Shown here piece after piece: positions 33,662-48,400 of a stretch of DNA of 64,000 nt. Source of the stretch: Amphiscolops sp. MND2022 (lineage: Eukaryota); assembly GCA_964187785.1 (NCBI GenBank), contig OZ076409.1:1240001-1304000 (forward strand). The letters run 5' to 3'. A program made the translations under genes and the position numbers. Positions within the stretch are counted from its first letter, which is position 1; each line of letters opens with the position of its first letter. A model generated the notes under the pieces. That model saw only the letters and a list, made by a program, of their open reading frames with translations. It searched no databases and had not been told where the DNA came from.

Positions 33662-36059
33662 ATGTCAACGGTAATTCTATCGCGAAAAACAAAAAAGAAA
33701 ACTTTTGACGTTAAATAGCATAAATATTTTTGCCGCTTCAAGTTTCATCGAACAATGGATGAAAAGACACGTTTGAGAATTTTTTGTTCAGGAGCATAAA
33801 AATTGGATTCGACATCACAAGTTTCCGTAATAGTGATCAAGAAATGCAAAAAATTCCAGAACAAACCATCACAGATATAACTTTTGTCGCTGTTTTCCCG
33901 TGTGATTTTTTTCGTTTTGCCTCCAATTTCAGACAGTTTCCGTTCAAAATTTCCGACTCATTTAAACTACTATTCCTAATTTTTCCTTTTTTTTTCAAAT
34001 TGTCAGTATTTTGGTTGGTTCCTCAGCGTCGCATTGTATTTCTCTTCTACTATCTCCACATTTTGGAGTGCTCATTTTTTCCCAAACTTTTGCCGTTTTG
34101 TCTGTTCAGTTTTTTCGAGGGTTCTAAAAGAGATTCTTCTGAGAGCTGTTTTTGCCGCTAAGTTTTTTTGTTGAATTTGATTGGTTAAAGACAAAACTAG
34201 TAAGTAAGATAAAGCTAAATATTTAGTTTCAGAATGATTTGAACTGAAAACCAGTTGTATCGAAGGTTAGTTATTTTCTTTTTGTAAAACCGGTGAATCT
34301 GTTTTTTTTTTAATTATTGTTATTAATTTTAAATTATCTAGAGCAAATAAAATGAAGGTTTCAAATTAAAAGCATAGAAGTTTTGCAACTATCATTTGCC
34401 AACTATCATTTTCAAAACTGATATTTCAGAAGTACTTGAATAGATTGGACTTTTCTTTTCAAAAAATTCGAATCTTCTTCAAAAAAAATTCAAAAAAATG
34501 AATTTTTAAAGAGATGAGAAATATTCTGAGAAGGAACGTTTAATGTAAAACTGATAGTTGTAAAATATCAAACGTTTTCGAAAGTACTTTTTTGAAACAA
34601 AAATTGCAGCTCCTTTGATTCTTATCACACCTCTTCTATCGAAATTATAAGTTTAATATCAGCAGTAAACTATTTGCAAAGAAGCAGAAATTTCTTTTGC
34701 ACCAAATTTATCTCATTGATGCTTCAAAAAAAACATTTTTAACCTAACATATGGAGGGTAGTTCTTGTTTCTGAAAAACTTTTTCTTGAGGTAATGAAAA
34801 AGTTGATCCAGAGAAAAAAAAGCACCTGAAATTTTTGAGATGATCAAAAACTGATTTTCACAAGTTTAAGGCTAAAAACCTTTGCTAAACGTTGAGTCAT
34901 TTTGAGCTGGGTCGGCAACTTTTGAAAAACTGACGCTCCTCTCGAGGCTGAAAAGTGCATGTCCACCAAACATGCTAGAGTTCAGTTTTAGCAATCACGT
35001 TAGGGCTTTTATAAGGCTCTTAAAAGTATTTTTCTAACTGGAAACATTACAAAGACCAAAGGGACCCTCTGTGGGGAATAAACTTTGCAGAAAATATCGT
35101 GCAGTGCTCAAAACCCCTCAAAAAAGCTAATTACAATCAATTCAAAAACATTCGAAACAATTGACGAAGTCGATATTCAGTGACAGTGTGTCTAATCCTC
35201 AAGGGGATATCTTGCATCGATCTGTCACATACCAATTTGTATCTTGTAAAATGTTCCAAATTGCAGACGAATTGTAAATTTCATATAGCGCAAGAAATTG
35301 AGCAAAAAGCAGTACACGTAATGACAAGAAACATCCACAACATACTAATTCTGGATCGGATGTAAAAACAACTTCTCAAAAACCACTTCGGACAAAAAAT
35401 ACTTTGAATTTTTTACATGAGACAAAGTTAACTCCAGTTAACCATTCGATGCTTTAAATCACCTTTCTTCTCTAAACATCAAAGTCATTTTTCCAGTAAC
35501 ACATACTCTCTAGCAATTTATAGTTCACCTTCTGTTGATGCGGTGCTTCGTTTGAACAGCACAAGAAATGAAAAAGCATATTTCTCGACAATTTTTTCGA
35601 AACTTTTTGGTGCTTAGAAAGCAGCAAAAATCTATACTCTCACACAACAAGCGCCTGTAGCAAGAACCTCAGCGCCTACAAACGATTGAATGGAAAAGTC
35701 ACATATTTTTGAATAACGTCAAAATGGGACTATTTGATGCCGCCTATGTTTGCGAAAGTTGCAAAAGGGAAACACAAAAGTTAAACGCAAAACAGGCATG
35801 CCAACCATTAGACCAATTGGTAAAACGATGACTTGACGCGAAAGTCTTTTAAACTGGAAAAGTCAGTTTGAGGTCTATAATTTGACAAAAAACGTTCTTT
35901 GACAAGAATCGTGCACCTCTTGTTCGAAAAGCGCCATTTAACATTCGGAAAAGGCAGCAAAAATGATCGTCTCAATAGACAAAGCAATGAAACAGTATCA
36001 AATTGACTTTGAATTTTAGGCCAATTTGTCAATACTGCTAAACAACGACTTAAAAAAAT

Positions 36060-39000
36060 ATTGCCAATTTAGTTGAATATTTCGAAAGTCATAGACGAAA
36101 TTTCAATGAAGATAAAACCGAATTCATTGTCTTCTGCAAAAATTCCCAGAACAAATAAACAAAAAATCTCAAATTACAAGTGAAAAATCATTCCACAAGT
36201 CTAAGTTCTTTTTGTTAAGTATCTTGAAGTTTACTTAGACCAAAGTATAACTTACGAAAAATAAGTAAAACATGTCTCAAAGAAAATGGCCTGTGGTAAT
36301 AAAAAACAATCTATGCATAGCAACGATTCTTGCCGGGAAAAAATTACTTCGGAATGCTCTAGTTCTTAGTCATCTTCATTATCCAGCAGTATTGCTTCAC
36401 GCATTTCACAAAAACTCTTAACAACACTCAAAAAACTATTGAGTTGCAGTGTAAAAGCCTGTTTTAATTGTCAGAAACAGGAATCAGCTAGTGATTTGAA
36501 AATTAAACAAATTATAATTCCAATAGGAATTTTTCTTGACTATAAATCATGTTTTTACTTCTTGAAATATCAAAATATCCTACTACCAGCCTTCAGTGGT
36601 ACTAATACAAAACCAACAGCTAGATGGAAGTATCACAGTCGAACTAAGAAACTTGTATGCAATACAAAAATTTCCAAAGAATTCATGAGAAAAAGTTTCT
36701 CATAAGCATTCTACCCCCGTCGAATAGCCTACCTTCTTGTCTTGTCAAAAAGAAATTTTCCTCTGGAACAACTAAAAGCAAATATAAAGTTCTTTTCTCA
36801 AATAAAATAGTGAAACAAATGGAACAACCGGAAGATAGAAAAAATGCTGAAGAGATTACCGCATTAGTTTTGTTTTTCAATAATAATCACACTGCCTTTT
36901 TTAAGGAAACAAAATGATGTCTCTTTTAATAAAGGAATTCAGTGTTTTTTCCATTGCAGGAAAGAATAAACAACCATCCAATAGAAGCCACTGAGTTATG
37001 AAAATCATTTATTACGCCAAATTAGTTGAATACTTCGAAAGTCATAGACATAATCTCAATGGAGATAAATCCGAATTCAATGTCTTCTGAAAAAATTCCC
37101 AGAACAAATTAACAAAAAATCTCAAATTACAAGTGAAAAATCATTCCACAAGTCTTAGTTCTTTTTGTTAAGTATCTTGGAGTTTACTTAGACCAAAATC
37201 TAACTTACGAATAGGAAGTAAAATATGTCTTAAAGAAAATGGCCTGTGGTATTAAAAAACAATCTATGCATTGAAACGATTCTTGCCGGGAAAAATTTGC
37301 CGGGAAAAATTACTTCGGAATGCTCTAGTTCTTAGTCATCTTCTTTATCCCGCAATATTGATTCAAGCATTTCACAAAAACTCCTAACAACACTCAAAAA
37401 ACTATTGAGTTGCAGTGTAAAAGCCTGTTTTAATTGTCAGAAACAGGACTCAGGTAGTGATTTGAAAATTAGACAAATTATAATTCCAATAAGAGTGTTT
37501 CTTGACTATAAATCATGTTTTTATTTCTTGAAATATCAAAATATCTTACTACCAGCCTTCAGTGGTACTAATACAATACCAACAGCTAGAATGAAGTATC
37601 ACAGTCGAACTAAGAAACTTGTATGCAATACAAAATTTTCCAAAGAATTCATGAGAAAAAGTTTCTTCATAAGCATTCTACCCCCGTCGAACAGCCTACC
37701 TTCTTGTCTTGTCAAAAAGAAATTTTCCTCTGTAACAACTAAAAGCAAATATGAAGTTCTTTTCTCAAATAAAATAGTGAAACAAATGGAACAACCGGAA
37801 CATAGAAAAATTGCTGGAGAGATTATCGCATTAGTTTTGTTTTTCAATAATATTCACACTGCCTTTTTAAGGAAACAAAATGATGTCTCTTTTAATAAAA
37901 GAATTCAGTGTTTTTTCCCTTGCAGGAAAGAATAGACAACCATCCAATAGAAGCCACTGAGTTAAGAAAATCATTTATTACGCCAAATTAGTTGAAGACT
38001 TCGAAAGTCATAGACATAATCTCAATGGAGATAAAACCGAACTCATTGTCTTTTGCAAAAATTCCCAGAACAAACTAACAAAAAATCTCAAATTACAAGT
38101 GAACAATCATTTCACAAGTCTTAGTTCTGTTTGTTAAGTATCTTGGAGTTTACTTAGACCAAAATCTAACTTACGAAAAGGAAGTAAAACATGTCTTAAA
38201 GAAAATGGCCTGTGGTATTAAAAAACAATCTATGCATTGAAACGATTCTTGCCAGGAAAACTTTGTCTGTTACTTCTGAATGCTCTAGTTCTTAGTCATC
38301 TTCATTATCTAGCAATATTGCTTCAAGGCATTTCACAAAAACTCTTAACAACACTCAAAAAACTATTGAGTTGCAGTGTAAAAGCCTGTTTTAATCGTCA
38401 GAAACAGGACTCAGCTAGTGATTTGAAAATTAAACTAATTATAATTCCAATAGGAAATTTTTTTTGACTATTAATCATGTTTTTATTTCTTGAAATATCA
38501 AAATATCCTACTACCAGCCTTCAGTGGCACTAATACAATACCAACACCTAGAATGAAGTATCACAGTCGAACTAAGAAACTTGTATGCAATACAAAAATT
38601 TCCAAAGAATTCATGAGAAAAAGTTTCTTCATAAGCATTCTACCGCCGTCGAATGGCCTACCTTCTTGTCTTGTCAAAAAGAAATTTTCATTTGGAACAA
38701 CTAAAAGCAATTATAAAGTTCTTTTCTCAAATAAAATAGCGAAACAAATGGAACAACCGGAACATAGAAAAAAATGCTGGAGAGATTACTGCATTAGTTT
38801 TGTTTTTCATTAATAATCACACTGCCTTTTTTAAGGAAACAAAATGATGTCTCTTTTAATAAAGGAATTCAGTGTTTTTTTCCATTGCAGGAAAGAATAG
38901 ACAACCATCCAATAGAAGCCACTGAGTTATGAAAATCATATATTACGCCAAGTTAGTTGAATAATTCGAAAGTCATAGACTTAATCACAATGAAGACAAA

Positions 39001-39700
39001 ACCGAATTCATTGTCTTCTGCAGAAAAGAAAATCATTTATAACGCCAAACTAGTTGATTATTTCGAAAGTCATAGACTTAATCTCAATGAAGATAAAACT
39101 GATTTCATTGTCTTCTGCAGAAATTCCCAGAACAAATTAACTAAAAATCTCAAATTGCAAGTGAAAAATCACTTCACAAGTCTTAGTTCTTTTGTTAGGT
39201 ATCTTGGAGTTTACTTAGACCAAAATCTAAATTACGAAAAGAAACTAAAACATGTCTTGAAGAAAATGGCCTGTGGTATTAAAAACAATCTATGCAGTGA
39301 AACGATTCTTGCCGGGAAAAATTTGTCTATTACTTCTGAATGCTCTAGTTCTTAGTCATCTTCATTATCCAGCAATATTGCTTCAAGGCATTTCACAAAA
39401 ACTCTTAGCAACACTGGAAAAACTATTGAGTTGCGGGTAAAAGCCTGTTTTAATCGTCAGAAACAGGACTCAGCTAGTGATTTGAAAATTAAACAAATTA
39501 TAATTCCAATAAGAATTTTTCTTGACTATAAATCATGTTTTTACTTCTTGAAATATCAAAATATCCTACTACCAGCCTTCAGTGGTACTGATACAATACC
39601 AACAGCTAGAATGAAGTATCACTGTCGAACTAAAAAACTTGTATGCAATACAAAAATTTCCAAAGAATTAATGAGAAAAGGTTTCTTCATAAGGATTCTA
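36060..39700 (+). mobile_element. Tandem array (about 3.8 units of ~960 bp) of a non-LTR retrotransposon RT C-terminus plus 3' end
   Basis: Units start at about 36062, 37016, 37982, 38947 (97-bp partial) and 39044. LNLNEDKTDFIVF and VRYLGVYLDQNL are typical LINE RT thumb motifs; frameshifted. Confidence 0.85.
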
Positions 39701-39749
39701 AGTTTTATGTTTTGTTCGGGATATTGCTATTTATGAAAGTTTATCATAC

Positions 39750-42100
39750 ATACTGTCGCAATTATCACGGTTTTGAGTTTTTCTAAGAAAAGGCATGGGA
39801 AGTTATTACTAACGTCGTCTTTCAATTTTCTCGATGTCTTTATTACAAATTATTCGTAATGGCCGTTTCCATATATAGTCAGATATGTTCCACTCCTCAT
39901 ACTACTGCCAGTTGTTTTAGTTAGTTTAACGCCTAAGTCTTTTCTATATCCGATAGAAACCTACTTGCGAACCTGGCTGGTTTTGAATTTCCGTCTTCTT
40001 ATTTTCGCCAAAGTGTAGCTCCGAGTCGTTCAATGCTTGAATACGTTCAAAATTTCTTTGCGATTTTGTGGATAATGATTTTTGTAATTGCTTCTTATTC
40101 GTCTTTTAGCTGTCTTACTCGTTAATGATATAAATTGTGTCCCACCATTTTAATTTTTTATCAAGAAAGTCGCACTGCTTTGTATATAGACTGCAGCCAA
40201 CTTTTTCCAGTTTTGTCTTTGTTTCTCGTATTTCTGCTCAGTGTTTTTCCATAATTCCTTTGGTCACAGTTATGAGGTTGTCTGATCATGGCGGGTATTC
40301 GTGTTCTAGTGTTTTTTGTATCTATCCACTTTCCAAAAAGGTAGGATTATCTTCCAGTCAGTAGAAACCTTTCTAAAAACAGTAGTAGCCTGTGAAGTCC
40401 CCCAGTAACGAGGAATATGCATGGGCTTTTGTTCTTTTTGCCTAATTTGATCTTTCCATCTGTCCATATGCCTAGTCAATGTCCTGTTGTGTGACCAGAA
40501 GCTCACTTTCTCTTCCTTCTGATGTTTTTTAGGACACTGGTGCAATTATTCCCTCCATGTTTGGGATCAGTGCTTCTCTCTTTGTTCTCATCTCGTTTAA
40601 CTTTATGGAATCAAGTGCAATTTTTACTTAATTGTCTTTTTTCGCGGTTTTCACAGCGGGGCTCTAAAAACAATCTGTAGTTGCTGTCGTTCGTTCCAAA
40701 TATCCAGGTTTTATTGATTGTTTGAGTTCTTCAACTACTTGGTGATGGAGGTGTATTGTGAGTGGTCGGCCTTTTCGTTGTGTTAATTGCCCCTCTTTCT
40801 GTCAGATTTGTTTTTGAGGATAAGTTCCTGATCTCCTTGTTGTTGTAAATAAAATCTTTGAAGTCGTTTCGGAGGTTCATAATTTGTTTCCGTATTGTTC
40901 AGTATCATGTTGTGAATATTTATTGCGACCTTGTTTGATTTTGGGCGGATTTTTATTCGTTGCATTCAGGATAATTCTTTTAACAGGAAAGTTTGTGCTT
41001 CTGTTTTTAGCAGTGGTGGTTCAATTGTTTTCGTTTTTCCAGTATATTTAATGATGTGATTGTTCACATCTTTGTAAATTGTCTTGAGTGGCTTCTGCTT
41101 GGTCATTTCGTTGGATAAACATTCCGCAACAAGTGTGACCGGCGAGCAACTGTCTAGAATGCATTTTATTGATACGTTGTTACTAATTGCGTTGGGTTGT
41201 AAAATCTTTTCTTTTTCTTGGTGTTGTTATTTTCTGGTTTTTGTGTTCTTTTGTGTTCCTTGTTGTCGTCTTTTCTGTATGGACTTTTTTCATTATTCTG
41301 CACATCTTTTCGTTTTGCCTTCTTCTTTCATTTTCTGCATTCCGCTGTTATTGCTGGACATATAGTCGTTTTTTCCAAGTTCGTGCACCGCATTGTCCAC
41401 ATCGGCTGTCCACCTCTTTGTACTTTTGTTTTTTTTTCCTGTCTTTTTCTTGATCTATCTTGTTCTATCCATTTTCGTTTTCGCACGTGTTTTATTTTTT
41501 TTGCAACCATTTGACTTATTTGAGTAGTTTAACAGGTCATACCTGTGTTCATGTATTAACCTGGTTCTGGTTTCGATTGTCATGTCTCTAGTTCGACCAC
41601 TGTTTTTGATTCATATTCACTGATCGGTTATCCGATTGCTGACAAGGCTCTCAATTTGAGGCTATCATTTCAGCTGGTGTAACGTTTTCGAATTGTCCAC
41701 ACATCTTCTGCTGTTTCATGTTTTTCTCTTGTTATGCCGAAAAATTCGTCTATGTGGATTTGGTTCCGTTCCGGTATCAAATGTAACAGGAAAGTTAGTA
41801 TAATTGGTTTATGTCCATTCTGTTTGAATCATTGTCTCTGACAGTGCTTGTCATTTCCGTTATTGCTGACTTACCCAATTCCTGTATTAATAGGTCCTTG
41901 TTCCAGATCATCTCTGTAGTCCGGTATTATCTCCCGGTCTGTCGTAATCTCGTTGAGGTCTAAACTTTGGGTCATTTTATTGTAATGTGTGAATTGTCTC
42001 CACCACAGTTTCGCTTCCTGAATACCACGTTTTTCAAATGTTGGTAATGGAATTGTTTTGTTTTTCCTTCGTTTCGTGTACTTGCTCTTTCTGGGATTTT
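39750..42100 (-). pseudogene. Decayed Gypsy gag-pol remnant
   Basis: SPAVKTAKKDN*VKIALDSIKLNE (RT N-terminus) at about 40590-40665; many stops. Boundaries approximate. Confidence 0.6.
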
Positions 42101-42742
42101 CACAATTGAAGAGCTTGTTCTCCTAGATGACTTTAATTTGTCAATCTTCCTGACTCCGCGATGTTGTATTTCTTGACTTGCGCTATAAGAAAGTGCGATA
42201 CGCTGAATAATCTACTCTGAATGCTGTAATTTAATTTTATAATGAATAGGTCCGCGATGTAGAATATGTAATAAAGTGTTGAAAGGTACTAAATTGTCAA
42301 TACACATGTTCTGCAAGTGAGAGAATGGTTGATATCATGGCAAAAAATGATTGAAACTTCTTTGATCTTTCAATAGAACTGTGGTTCTGATAAGCAAAAG
42401 CTTTGTTTCATTTCGCCATAATGCTGACCTTTAGAGGTCAGTTTGCTCGAATTAAATTTTGTTGTTTTTGTCGTCCAGATCAATCTCAGCTCATTTTCCT
42501 TCAACAACTTGTTTAGCTGGAAAAATAAAGACGTTTTGGGCAGTTTTTTCGTCTTCCAGTTATTGATCCAGAAATTGTTTGAATTTTTCCGGTTTCAGCT
42601 GCTTTCTGTGACGTTTATTTGTTTCTGCTTTTCCCGTTTTTCCTAGCTCATTTTTTGATATTACGACTTCCTTCGTGTTGTTGGGCTGTACAATTTTTCG
42701 GGTGTGGCTTCTTTGGTCCATTATGGATCCGTTTTGTTTTTT

Positions 42743-43236
42743 TTTTAGTCGGCGCTTTTCGAAGAAAAACGCAGACTATAGTAGTGACTTTTTTTAAGAC
42801 CAACGAACTGACAGATTTTATAAATTTTATAAGTTGGCACTAAACCGGCACTATTACTAAACTGTGTCACACTACTTCACTGCCACTTGGCCACTACGGC
42901 TTTTTCGAGGTGTGACAAGCAGAAGAATGACATGGGTTCGAGTCCCGCCATGGCCAAAATTTTTTTTTGGAAATTTTTTCGGCTTTGTGAGACTTTTTCG
43001 CAAATATCTTTCAAGAATGGATTTTAAAAAACTTCCAAAGGGCCCCATTTTACATGTTTCGGCACTATGCGACTTACGGAAGACCAAAAAAATTTAAAAA
43101 ATTCAAAAAAAATCGGATTTTTTTTCAATTTTTCCTCAAACGGGTACTGTAGAAGAGAATACTTGACACTTTGAAGTCCTCTTGTTATTTTTGAGCCTTA
43201 GATATGGCGCCGACTTGGGCCGTTCTCGGCTTGTTT
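42743..43236 (+). mobile_element. HINE-like element, family A
   Basis: ttttagtcggcgc...gcgccgacttgggccgttctcggcttgtt; internal B-box-like ggttcgagtccc. Confidence 0.75.
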
Positions 43237-43735
43237 AAAAAAGCCCGACAATTCGCCTTGGTTCTGCCTCTCTCTGACGTATATTGTACTGTCTACGTCT
43301 CGACGAAAGTTTTCTCCTTATCCACCATACGATCGAAACCTAAGTACTTGAATTTTTTGTAAGAGTGTAACAATAATTGAGGCTACAGTGTTCAGTCTAT
43401 TGCCTGTATGTTCCTGGAAAGTGATTTGCTATCCTTATTTTTATTTCAATTCGCTAAGACAATTAACGTTGTTATCATAGGGTCGTCCACTGAAAAAGTT
43501 GTTCAAACAACATGTCGTTCAGACTAATCTTCTTCGCAGCAAGATGTCTTTTTCCAAATTTTAGTCAATCCAATTTCTTCTTGTTGGTCCACAATCTCTG
43601 AGGTTTGCAATTATTTATTTGACACTTGTTTGATCTTTGAAAACTTTGAGATCAAATATCAAACAAGTTAGAATTCTAACAAGTATTTACCTGACTAAGC
43701 TAAATGGGAATCATAAAGCTTACGACAATGGAACC

Positions 43736-44100
43736 TGTCGACACGCTCCCGGGTGCGCGAGCTAGACGCTCGCAGAGCGTTTCCTTCCTCTGGTCGAATG
43801 ATAACTTGTTGTGTCAATGTCGCTGATAGCGTTTTAATCTCATTCATTTCAACTTGAAATTGTAATTTTACAATTTGATTGTTCATTTCGACATGTGAAG
43901 ACAAGTTGCTTTCATCACAATGAGTTCCAGATGAATATGAGTCTGAATCTACGTTTGCAGTGTTAATTTGGTCATAATCCATATTCGGATGGTTTTTAGA
44001 TGAATTTTGAGTGAGTTAAATATTATAGATAATTTTTTCACGTCTGAGTTTTTGAGAAGAAACTGCACTCATAGGCTTATGAAGAACTTGTTTTGGCTAT
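43736..44100 (-). mobile_element. LTR 3' part carrying a gag-like N-terminal ORF
   Basis: Coiled-coil ORF ...RASSSRTRERVD runs to cgtgtcGACA, the same LTR-end architecture as the large element. Upstream boundary not defined. Confidence 0.45.
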
Positions 44101-45458
44101 AAGAGGTGAACTTAATTTTTTAAGAGCGTAAACAAGAGCCAATTTTAGTTTATGAACTACTGGTTAGTACCGAAGCAAATCAAGTAAATGAGAACTTTCA
44201 AAACTGCTCGTGTTGCGTCCAATTCCTTATATTGTCACTTTCAGGTGACAAGACTACTTATTGCACTTCACACATCAGCATTGACTGAGGTGATAATTAT
44301 CACCTTGTTTCAATTCGCCGACTTAAATAGCAAAGTATCATACTACACCGGCTTTGCATATTAAGTGGCATTATAATCCTTATACTTCACTAAGTACGAA
44401 ATGACGAAAGCGTAAGCTACTTTAATAATTCCTGATGGGTCGTTGATGCTTAAAAACATTGTGATGAAGTAAAGATGAATGGTATAAGCTAAATTTTGGA
44501 TGAATCAATGAAGTGATACGTTTTGGATGAAAACTGACAGAGTCTTGTTTAGTGTAAGATGCATTGACATTAGTACCCTGAATTCCATCCATTTTTCATC
44601 AAGGGATTTTCATCTATTTCTCGTCACGGACTGCATGTATTTGAACACTAGCCTTTTTACCGTTTACTGGGTTAAATTACGCTTGTTCAGGGGCTCAAGC
44701 TTATAATAATTATAAATATGTAATTAAGCTCAACACTCAGGGAAGGAGTGAATATATGAACATTGTAGGGTTGCCTACAACCATGTAACCTTATATATGG
44801 CTTCATATTGCCCATAAATATGTATATATGACATAAATGTACATCAAAAATGTTTCATAAATATATATTTCCTTCATACTGGCATGACAGGACCTGATTA
44901 TTAGGAACAACTACTAAGCCATGTTTCATCTGCTTATTAAGAACTAAAATGACAATTGGAGGTAAACGAGAGTTTGAATGTTTTTCACTATTTCCTTTTT
45001 TCTGACTCGTTACATATTGGCCCTTCGCTGTATTCGTTATCATTTGCAAATCTCCACTCGGTCAATCAGAAGCGTTGATACTTCATATATGTATATAAAT
45101 GTGTTTCACTTTGTCCTCCCTCTTTGGAATGTATTTTAGAGCGTTTCATAGTGAAAGAGATCCGAAAATTTTGACTGGTATTTGCTATCGGTTCTTCATT
45201 TTCACTCATTCTGTTCACTCATACATTTTACTATATACAGCAAGAATATATCACCATCGTTCCTAGGTCCGTTTTCATTGCGCCAGTCTACATCCTAAAA
45301 TTATTTTCAAATTCTAGATTGCAAGAAGATGTCTTTGTTTCCATGATTTTTTAGCAGCGAGTCTACTGAAAAGAGTCTACTGCTCGTTTAGTTTATCGTA
45401 AAAGAACAAATCCGGCTTATTTTCAGATAACGTAAGAATCGAAGAAGTAGGCTTGAGC

Positions 45459-48400
45459 ATGGTTGATATCGGAGACTTGAGGCTGAAACATGCATGGATG
45501 CTTTGTGGACCAATCATCACTGGATTGGTGCTGCGGAAAGCTCACAAAAAATACTACATGGCCAATACAATTCTGCGAAGGTATGAAAGCAATGACGTCT
45601 GCATCTTCTACCAACTTTGGGTCCAGTTGATTGCTACTGTCACATTCACAGTGTTGAATATCCCGATGGTTGAAAACCACACTTCGTGCAATTTTCGCAA
45701 ATGGATTCTTCTATGGACCACTTCGCTGATTTTTTTCAGTCACATGCCAAATATGCTTGACTTCTGCATGCGAACAAACAACACTCCTTTCTACCAGATG
45801 TTTCATTCGAGGTTATTTTGGCCATTTGCTTAGAAAATACCAAGAATTTCTCACGCCTTCCGAATCAGGCTTGTGCATTACTGCATTGTCAAAATTGTTC
45901 GTTTAAAAACAACTATTGTCACTGCTTTAAAAAAGACAAGCGTTGCAAAAGTTACTGCGAACTCTACACACCCTAGGCGGCGGTTTTTTTATTTCACTCA
46001 GCTTTCGGTCTTTTTATTTTCGCTCTCAAATATCCCGCCACGAAGGGCAATCAATTACTGTTATTTTTTTTCATTCATTTATAATTTTTAATTTTGGTGT
46101 CGATATATGTGACAGAGGCCATTGCCTTGAAACATAAAACTGTTAAATGATGCTTACATTGAATTGGAAATAGTTGCAAACAAAAATTAAAATACCTGCT
46201 ATTATGCTTTTTGTCGAATCGACTCAAAAGTCAAACATTTGCATCAAGTTGTCTTTACACTATACTGTCGTTAACAATTCAATTCTTGTAAGTTAATTCG
46301 TTTTCGATATACCATGGCGCTGCGAAACAATGTTCCTGAGGACGGGGAGCAGAAAGAAGGGAGCTCAGCAGTGGCCGGCCTGGTCCATTACTGGAACGAC
46401 CCTAAGAAAACCAAGCATAGATTGGAAGAAGTGATGTGACCGCTGTGGCTATGACAGCCAAATAATCAATTTCCATTGCGGAAGTGTTGAGAACAGTAGC
46501 AAACGAGGCCGATCGGAACAAAGCTTTGCTAGACAATTTGAAGCATCCAGTAGCCAAAAGAAATGCGTTAGTGTCTGGTATTTATCCTTCGGAGCTGCGG
46601 CGAGGAAGACATTCACCGACAAAAACCCAACAACGAAAATTGAGGAGATGACTCGAGAACTTCTACTAAAAAATGCAGACACATTTGATACGAACATTGA
46701 ATGGTTTCAGATTCCTTCCAAGAAAACAAATGCCGTCAGAAACACAAGAACAATTCTGGCACTCTCTGAATAGTACGGCATCTGAATGCGATTTCGTGGC
46801 GCATATGCAGAGTCTTTTCCACGATATTTTTCTTTCGAATGTGAAAAGTTTAATAGTGCAGCAGAAATTGAGCACGGAACCAAAAACAAACCCGAAAGAT
46901 GCATCGGATTTTGCAAGAGCCTAGGCAGAGGGCACGTTACAACAGAAATCATATGGAGAGAGCAAAATCGCAATACAAAAAGAAAAGAACTAATTTGTGT
47001 GGTATCCAAAAAGGACGATTGTTTACGCTGTGAAATGAAGAATGTTTACTTGAAATTTTGAAGGTGTCCCCCGCAAAGTAAAAAAATGCAACTGGTGCGG
47101 AGTTATGGGTGTGTGCAGAAACTTTGGAACAGTGTGTTGAAAACTTCAAAAAACACAGAGTGCGCAGCACAAGCAACCGCCGCGACGGGTGAATTGGGTA
47201 GACGAGCAATCAAATAACGAAAATGAGAAAGAACGGGGAAGAACAATACGTGTTGGGTTATGACTGCAGTGGTTCACCTCCATTTATGACGAAGGTGACA
47301 ATAAATCGGAAAAAGTTCTGTCTGATGATAGACTCGGGCGCCCCTGTGGTGTTAATCAACTATGAATTTACCAAGCCGGGACCGGCCCAAGTCGGCGCCA
47401 TATCCAAGGCTCAAAAATAGCAAAAAGACTTCCAAGTGTCAAGTATTCGTTTACAGTAGTCGAAAATCGAAAATTTTTAGAAAATTTTTTTTGAAAAAAT
47501 TACATACTAAAAAATGGACCGAGTGGCGCGTCGGGGCTCGCTACCGTAAGCCCCTGGCGCGCTAACGTCTCACAATGCCGAAAATAACTGAAAGGAGGAA
47601 CCCTTTGGGATTTTCCAACATCCATTCTGTCGCAAAACATAAAAAAAATGCAGGGGGGACCCTTTGAGAAAAAAAATTTCGAAAAAAAATCCGAAAAAAA
47701 ATGTCTCGCAGTGCCGAAAAAAATTGAAAGGGGGGACTCTTTGGTCTCGCCCGGTATGATATGTTACGCGGAAAAACAGGTAAAACCATTTTGGTCCAGT
47801 TCGCTAGGCCAAATGGTGCTATGTGACACCATAATATTTTGTAGAACTTTTAAGAACTATTTTGGTCAGTTCGTGTGGATAGAAAAAAAAAGAGTCACTA
47901 TAATAGTCGCGTTTCACTTCATGAAGCGCCGACTAAAAATACATTACAAAACGAAGTAACCTTTGTACAGCCACTACCAAAAAACGAGATATTTGTGGAC
48001 TACAACAAAAGACCTGTCAATTTGATGGGATATACCTTCTGTGAACTGGAAGTAGATGGAAAATATATTCGGAAAGCGAAGATACTCGTAGCAAGACCAG
48101 GTGCAAAATCCATAGTTGACAGCCATTGGCTGAATTACTTACATTACCCTATTGAACCCAAAGAAAAAGATAAGTTATTCAATTCAACAAATTTTGTAAA
48201 TAACAAGCCAAACGAACTGGTACGTAAATGGACTGAAGAGATGCAAATGGAAATATCCAGATCTTTTCGAACGAAGTGGCAGGAGAAAACACCACAAGAA
48301 ATACGCAAGGCTTTGTGGAGGTACAGTGAAACAACAGAAAGGCTGCCGCGTAACATTCCCCTGCAAGAATCAGTAAACAAAGAAGTAGATAGACTGATAC

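Noticed and set aside
33784..35365. Short ORFs as genes (also most 60-120 aa ORFs elsewhere, e.g. 1065-2793, 41084-41514, 51620-51860, 53687-53893)
   Set aside because: Low-complexity, AT-driven or antisense shadow ORFs with no recognisable motifs or consistent splice structure.
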